Source of the DNA: Mobula birostris
Lineage: Eukaryota
Reading direction: 5' to 3'
Assembly (NCBI RefSeq): GCF_030028105.1
Contig: NC_092382.1
Coordinates: 99,774,699 to 99,838,698 of the forward strand
Length of the DNA stretch: 64,000 nt
Below, piece by piece: positions 60,806 through 64,000 of the stretch. Each line of letters begins with the position of its first letter. Positions within the stretch are counted from its first letter, which is position 1. The notes under the pieces were generated by a model that was not told where the DNA came from, searched no databases, and saw nothing but the letters and a program-made list of their open reading frames with translations. The position numbers and the translations under genes are program-made.

Positions 60806-62712
60806 TCAGACAGCAGATGGTGAGGAGAACGAAGTAAGAGTAACTCTTGCACCCAATTCCCGGTAACAGAAATGATCCACACTGTGGTGGGGAAACATTC
60901 TCAGCTTCTTCATTCCAGTTCCATATGCAGTGAAGTCCGCTGATAGCTTTGACTACCGTTACACCCGGGGATGGGCTGGGGACAGCCTGCCAATGTCGCC
61001 GCACATTCAGGCACCTACCTAGCAGGCCCATATTGTTCAATAGAATATCGAAAAAAGAACATTAAAGAAAAATGACAGAACAGACCAGAGCCCAATGCAG
61101 CCTCTTAAGTTCCTCCCTCCCACCCTAAAGCACATGCCCAGCCATCTAACTCCAAGGAAAGCCGCCTATCTTTGGGATTGCAAGTACGGAGGAGGCTGCA
61201 AGGGGCGCTGTTGCACCAGGAAACACTGGAGCTGAAGAGCGCCGTGTCGATTCAGCACCTGTTCTGATGAGGCTGTCTCCTTTAGTGAGGTCGTTAATCC
61301 TTACCGGACAGCAAATACGGGCCATGTTTACAGGGGGTTTTCGGAGCTGGCGGGTGTTCAGCTGAGCAACGAAACCTTTAGAGTTTCGAAGAATGTCGTA
61401 TTCATTTATGTATTTGTCTATCTACCTTTCTATCTATCTATCTATTTATTTGTATATTTTTACTTGCTTTTTTTTTGAAATACAGTCCTTCAAGCCGCCC
61501 CGGCCACCCATCTAAGATTTCACGCTCGCCTAATCACGGCGCAGTTTGCAACCAGCAATTAATCTACCGACCAGTACTGCGGGAAGAAAACGGACCATGG
61601 CGGGAGAACGTAGAAAAATGTTACATACAGCGGCGTCACCTTATGTACCTGATGCCCCTCCCTCGCCTTCCTCCAGCCTCTTTTCCCATACACCCTACTC
61701 CTCTCTTCATTCATAATCTCCTCATCTCCTTCATCTTTTTTTTTCCTGTTGCTCTTATCTCCTCTCCCCTCTCTCCCACTTGCTGCCGTCCTCCTCATCT
61801 TATTAATCAACTTGCCTTTCACATCCAATGCCCGTCGTCTCCTGCATATCTCCATCATTGTTTCTCTTCCGAGTTCAAGCATGAAATTTGTAGCATGGAA
61901 CCACAGCCTTGGCAACAAAAAACTAACTTCGACCTTTATAATTTTGTAAACCGGTATGTCGTCAGCCGTTCCAGTGAAAATAAACCAACCGATCATTCTT
62001 CAATACATCTGCAGTCGTCTTATCCTGGAAACACACCTATGAATATCCCGTCCGCTCTTCCTATTGTCGCAACACGATTCCTGCCCAAGCTGTGTTAAAT
62101 ATTGCGCTTGTGGTCCAACCCAGCACGACACCTTTCACCTTACACTCAGTGCTCTCCACCAGGAAGAGGAGGCCGTTTGTTCCTTCTCAGGGATGATGGT
62201 AGCAGGACGAAGTACCGTCCCCATTGAGATAAACATAGTTTTAACACAGAACTATGGACGATGAAATTCACAGGGAAAATTTTAACTATAAATGCGATCG
62301 CAAGCAACAAAAAATCAGCTGTGGTTATACAAGTTCTGTTAATGATAGGACTTTCAAAAGCAGGAAGGGCGTTACTTCTGGAAGAAAGCAGGAAAATGCA
62401 GTCGTCGTGTCAGGGAAGAATCAAGTGAACGTCAATGTAATGAAATCCCACTGTTTCTTTTCCACCTCACATTCAGGTAAATCGGCGTCAGTTCGGGGCC
62501 TGTCGGAGTGTGCTGGGTGTGCTGACGTCACAAGGCTGGTGTAAGAGCTTGCATCTTGCCGGAAGATCGGCCACCTGCTCTCTCCTCGTTGTTACCAAAC
62601 CGTCTGCTTACAATCCACATCGCGTTTCCTCTGTCAAACAAAACAACAAAACAGGACACGGCCACACGGCCACGTGTGCTCGCCTCTGCCACGCCGTTTA
62701 CATGCAGTCTGG

Positions 62713-62751
62713 GGTTTTTGTCGAGCTCTTCCCTCTCGGCGAGTCACTGTG
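62713..62751 (-). other. Consensus 23-RSS
   Basis: CACAGTG + 23 nt + ACAAAAACC. Confidence 0.96.
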
Positions 62752-63047
62752 AATACTCCAGGCGCAAAAGTACACGGCCGAGTGATTCCCCCGCAGGCTG
62801 TTGGTCACCAGTTTGACCTCGTTAGCTTTCGGCGTCTGCAGGGTAAATCCATCGACCTCCCCGTCGGGATTCTTAACGTTAGCACCGTAGCTGTAGAACA
62901 TGAACTGCGGCTCCTGCCCCGGGTACTGGCGGTACCAGTGCACCTCATAAGTGCTGCTGCCCTCCAGGCTGCAGTTCAGGCTCATCAGCCTCCCCTGTGA
63001 ACCGGAAAAAGCCGGAGGCGTCTGCTGGATCGTTTGCGAGTTCGCGG
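62752..63047 (-). CDS. TRBV: Intact TCR beta V exon (TRBV30-like)
   Basis: ag|cc ANSQTIQQTP...MSLNCSLEGSSTYEVHWYRQYPGQEPQFMFYSYG...GEVDGF...NHSAVYFCAWS. Confidence 0.93.
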
Positions 63048-63390
63048 CTGGGGAAGAGAGGAGAGGGGTATGACCTCAGTAGGCAGGGAGACTCGGATCA
63101 TGGAGACAGGGAGGAAAGAAAGAGAAAGAGAGATGCAGGAAGTAGAGGCATATGGGGAATAGAGAAAGAGATGGGGAAGAAATAGAGAGAGCGAGAGAAT
63201 AAAAGAAAATAATTATAATTGGATGGACGGAGGTGAGAACTAAATATCAAAGGAGCGCGACGATGGAATAAGTAAGAAAGAAACACAGAAGAGCGATGGG
63301 GAAACAAATATTACAAGAATTAACGGAGCACAGGAAGGGTAATGTAGAACTTGTTCCTTAAAATGCTCGCAAATTGAAACTATCCTTTAC

Positions 63391-63427
63391 CGTGAAGCCA
63401 GACCAGCAGCTCCAATAACACGAACAT
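63391..63427 (-). CDS. Leader exon of the 62.8k V gene
   Basis: MFVLLELLVWLH plus phase-1 donor g|GTAAAG. Confidence 0.88.
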
Positions 63428-63520
63428 CTTTGAACTTAGACCGTTTCCTCCAAGTGGAAGGGAGATCGTAACGAACAACCTTTTGAATGCCTTCTCAGGT
63501 CATGGGCGAACGCATGAAGC

Positions 63521-63544
63521 TCCGCCCCTCACCCACACGTCACC
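63521..63544 (-). promoter_or_regulatory. V promoter: GC box and CRE half site (GGTGACGT)
   Basis: Same order and about the same distance from the ATG as in the 55.1k gene. Confidence 0.55.
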
Positions 63545-64000
63545 GAGTTGCGACACCGGAAGCTTAGAGCTTGAATGGTGTGTGGATCAAATCATTTGCC
63601 GATTCGGATGTCAGTCGAAAGGCCGGGCCCCATTCCAATTTCAGCAGGACAACGGGAGCTGTCCCTTCAGTCCCGGACACGACGATCTAACCTCAATGTC
63701 ACAAACAGAGTCATTGTACCAATTTGGGAGGCGGAGAGAGGAATATAAGGAGGAAGGTACAGATTACGTTCAGCAGAAAGACAGATTAATTTCGTATATG
63801 GTGGATCAAAGTGCCTTTTCCCGTGTTGTTCATGAATTGAAAATAACAGAGTTGTAGAATATATGTTACAGACTGTGACCTCTCGGCCCAAATGTTTATT
63901 GCTTCAGAGGTGTAAATGGTAGCGTCGTATACTAGTGCAATACGGAAACAATCGCTTTGGTCCAACTGGAAACCTCATATAAATAACCTCATAACTCCCG

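Noticed and set aside
57640-62098. Long ORFs 57640-58224, 60022-60447 and 61475-62098 as genes
   Set aside because: They run through repeat sequence or pyrimidine-rich V introns and show no coherent domain.

Overview
Vertebrate genomic DNA, by inference from a cartilaginous fish (probably a ray), with four short N gaps and dense CR1, L1, Tc1, piggyBac and SINE debris. It has two functional parts. (1) About 3-38.8 kb is an old tandem segmental duplication carrying two two-exon GPR139-like class A GPCR genes. Copy 1 (11092-14513) is broken by a single GAG->TAG change; copy 2 (34348-37750) is intact at 368 aa. Each copy later received different transposons. (2) About 40-63.6 kb is a cluster of T-cell receptor V segments, most likely TCR beta, in both orientations. 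Three are intact leader+V+23-RSS genes (51.5k +, 55.1k -, 62.8k -), three are clear pseudogenes (40.1k -, 43.5k -, 60.5k +), and one is a probable relic (54.4k +). Four of them resemble mammalian TRBV30 (QTIxQ...CAWS), and one has a perfect V-beta promoter decamer. No D, J or C segments were found. All alignments and identity values are by eye; no searches were run.
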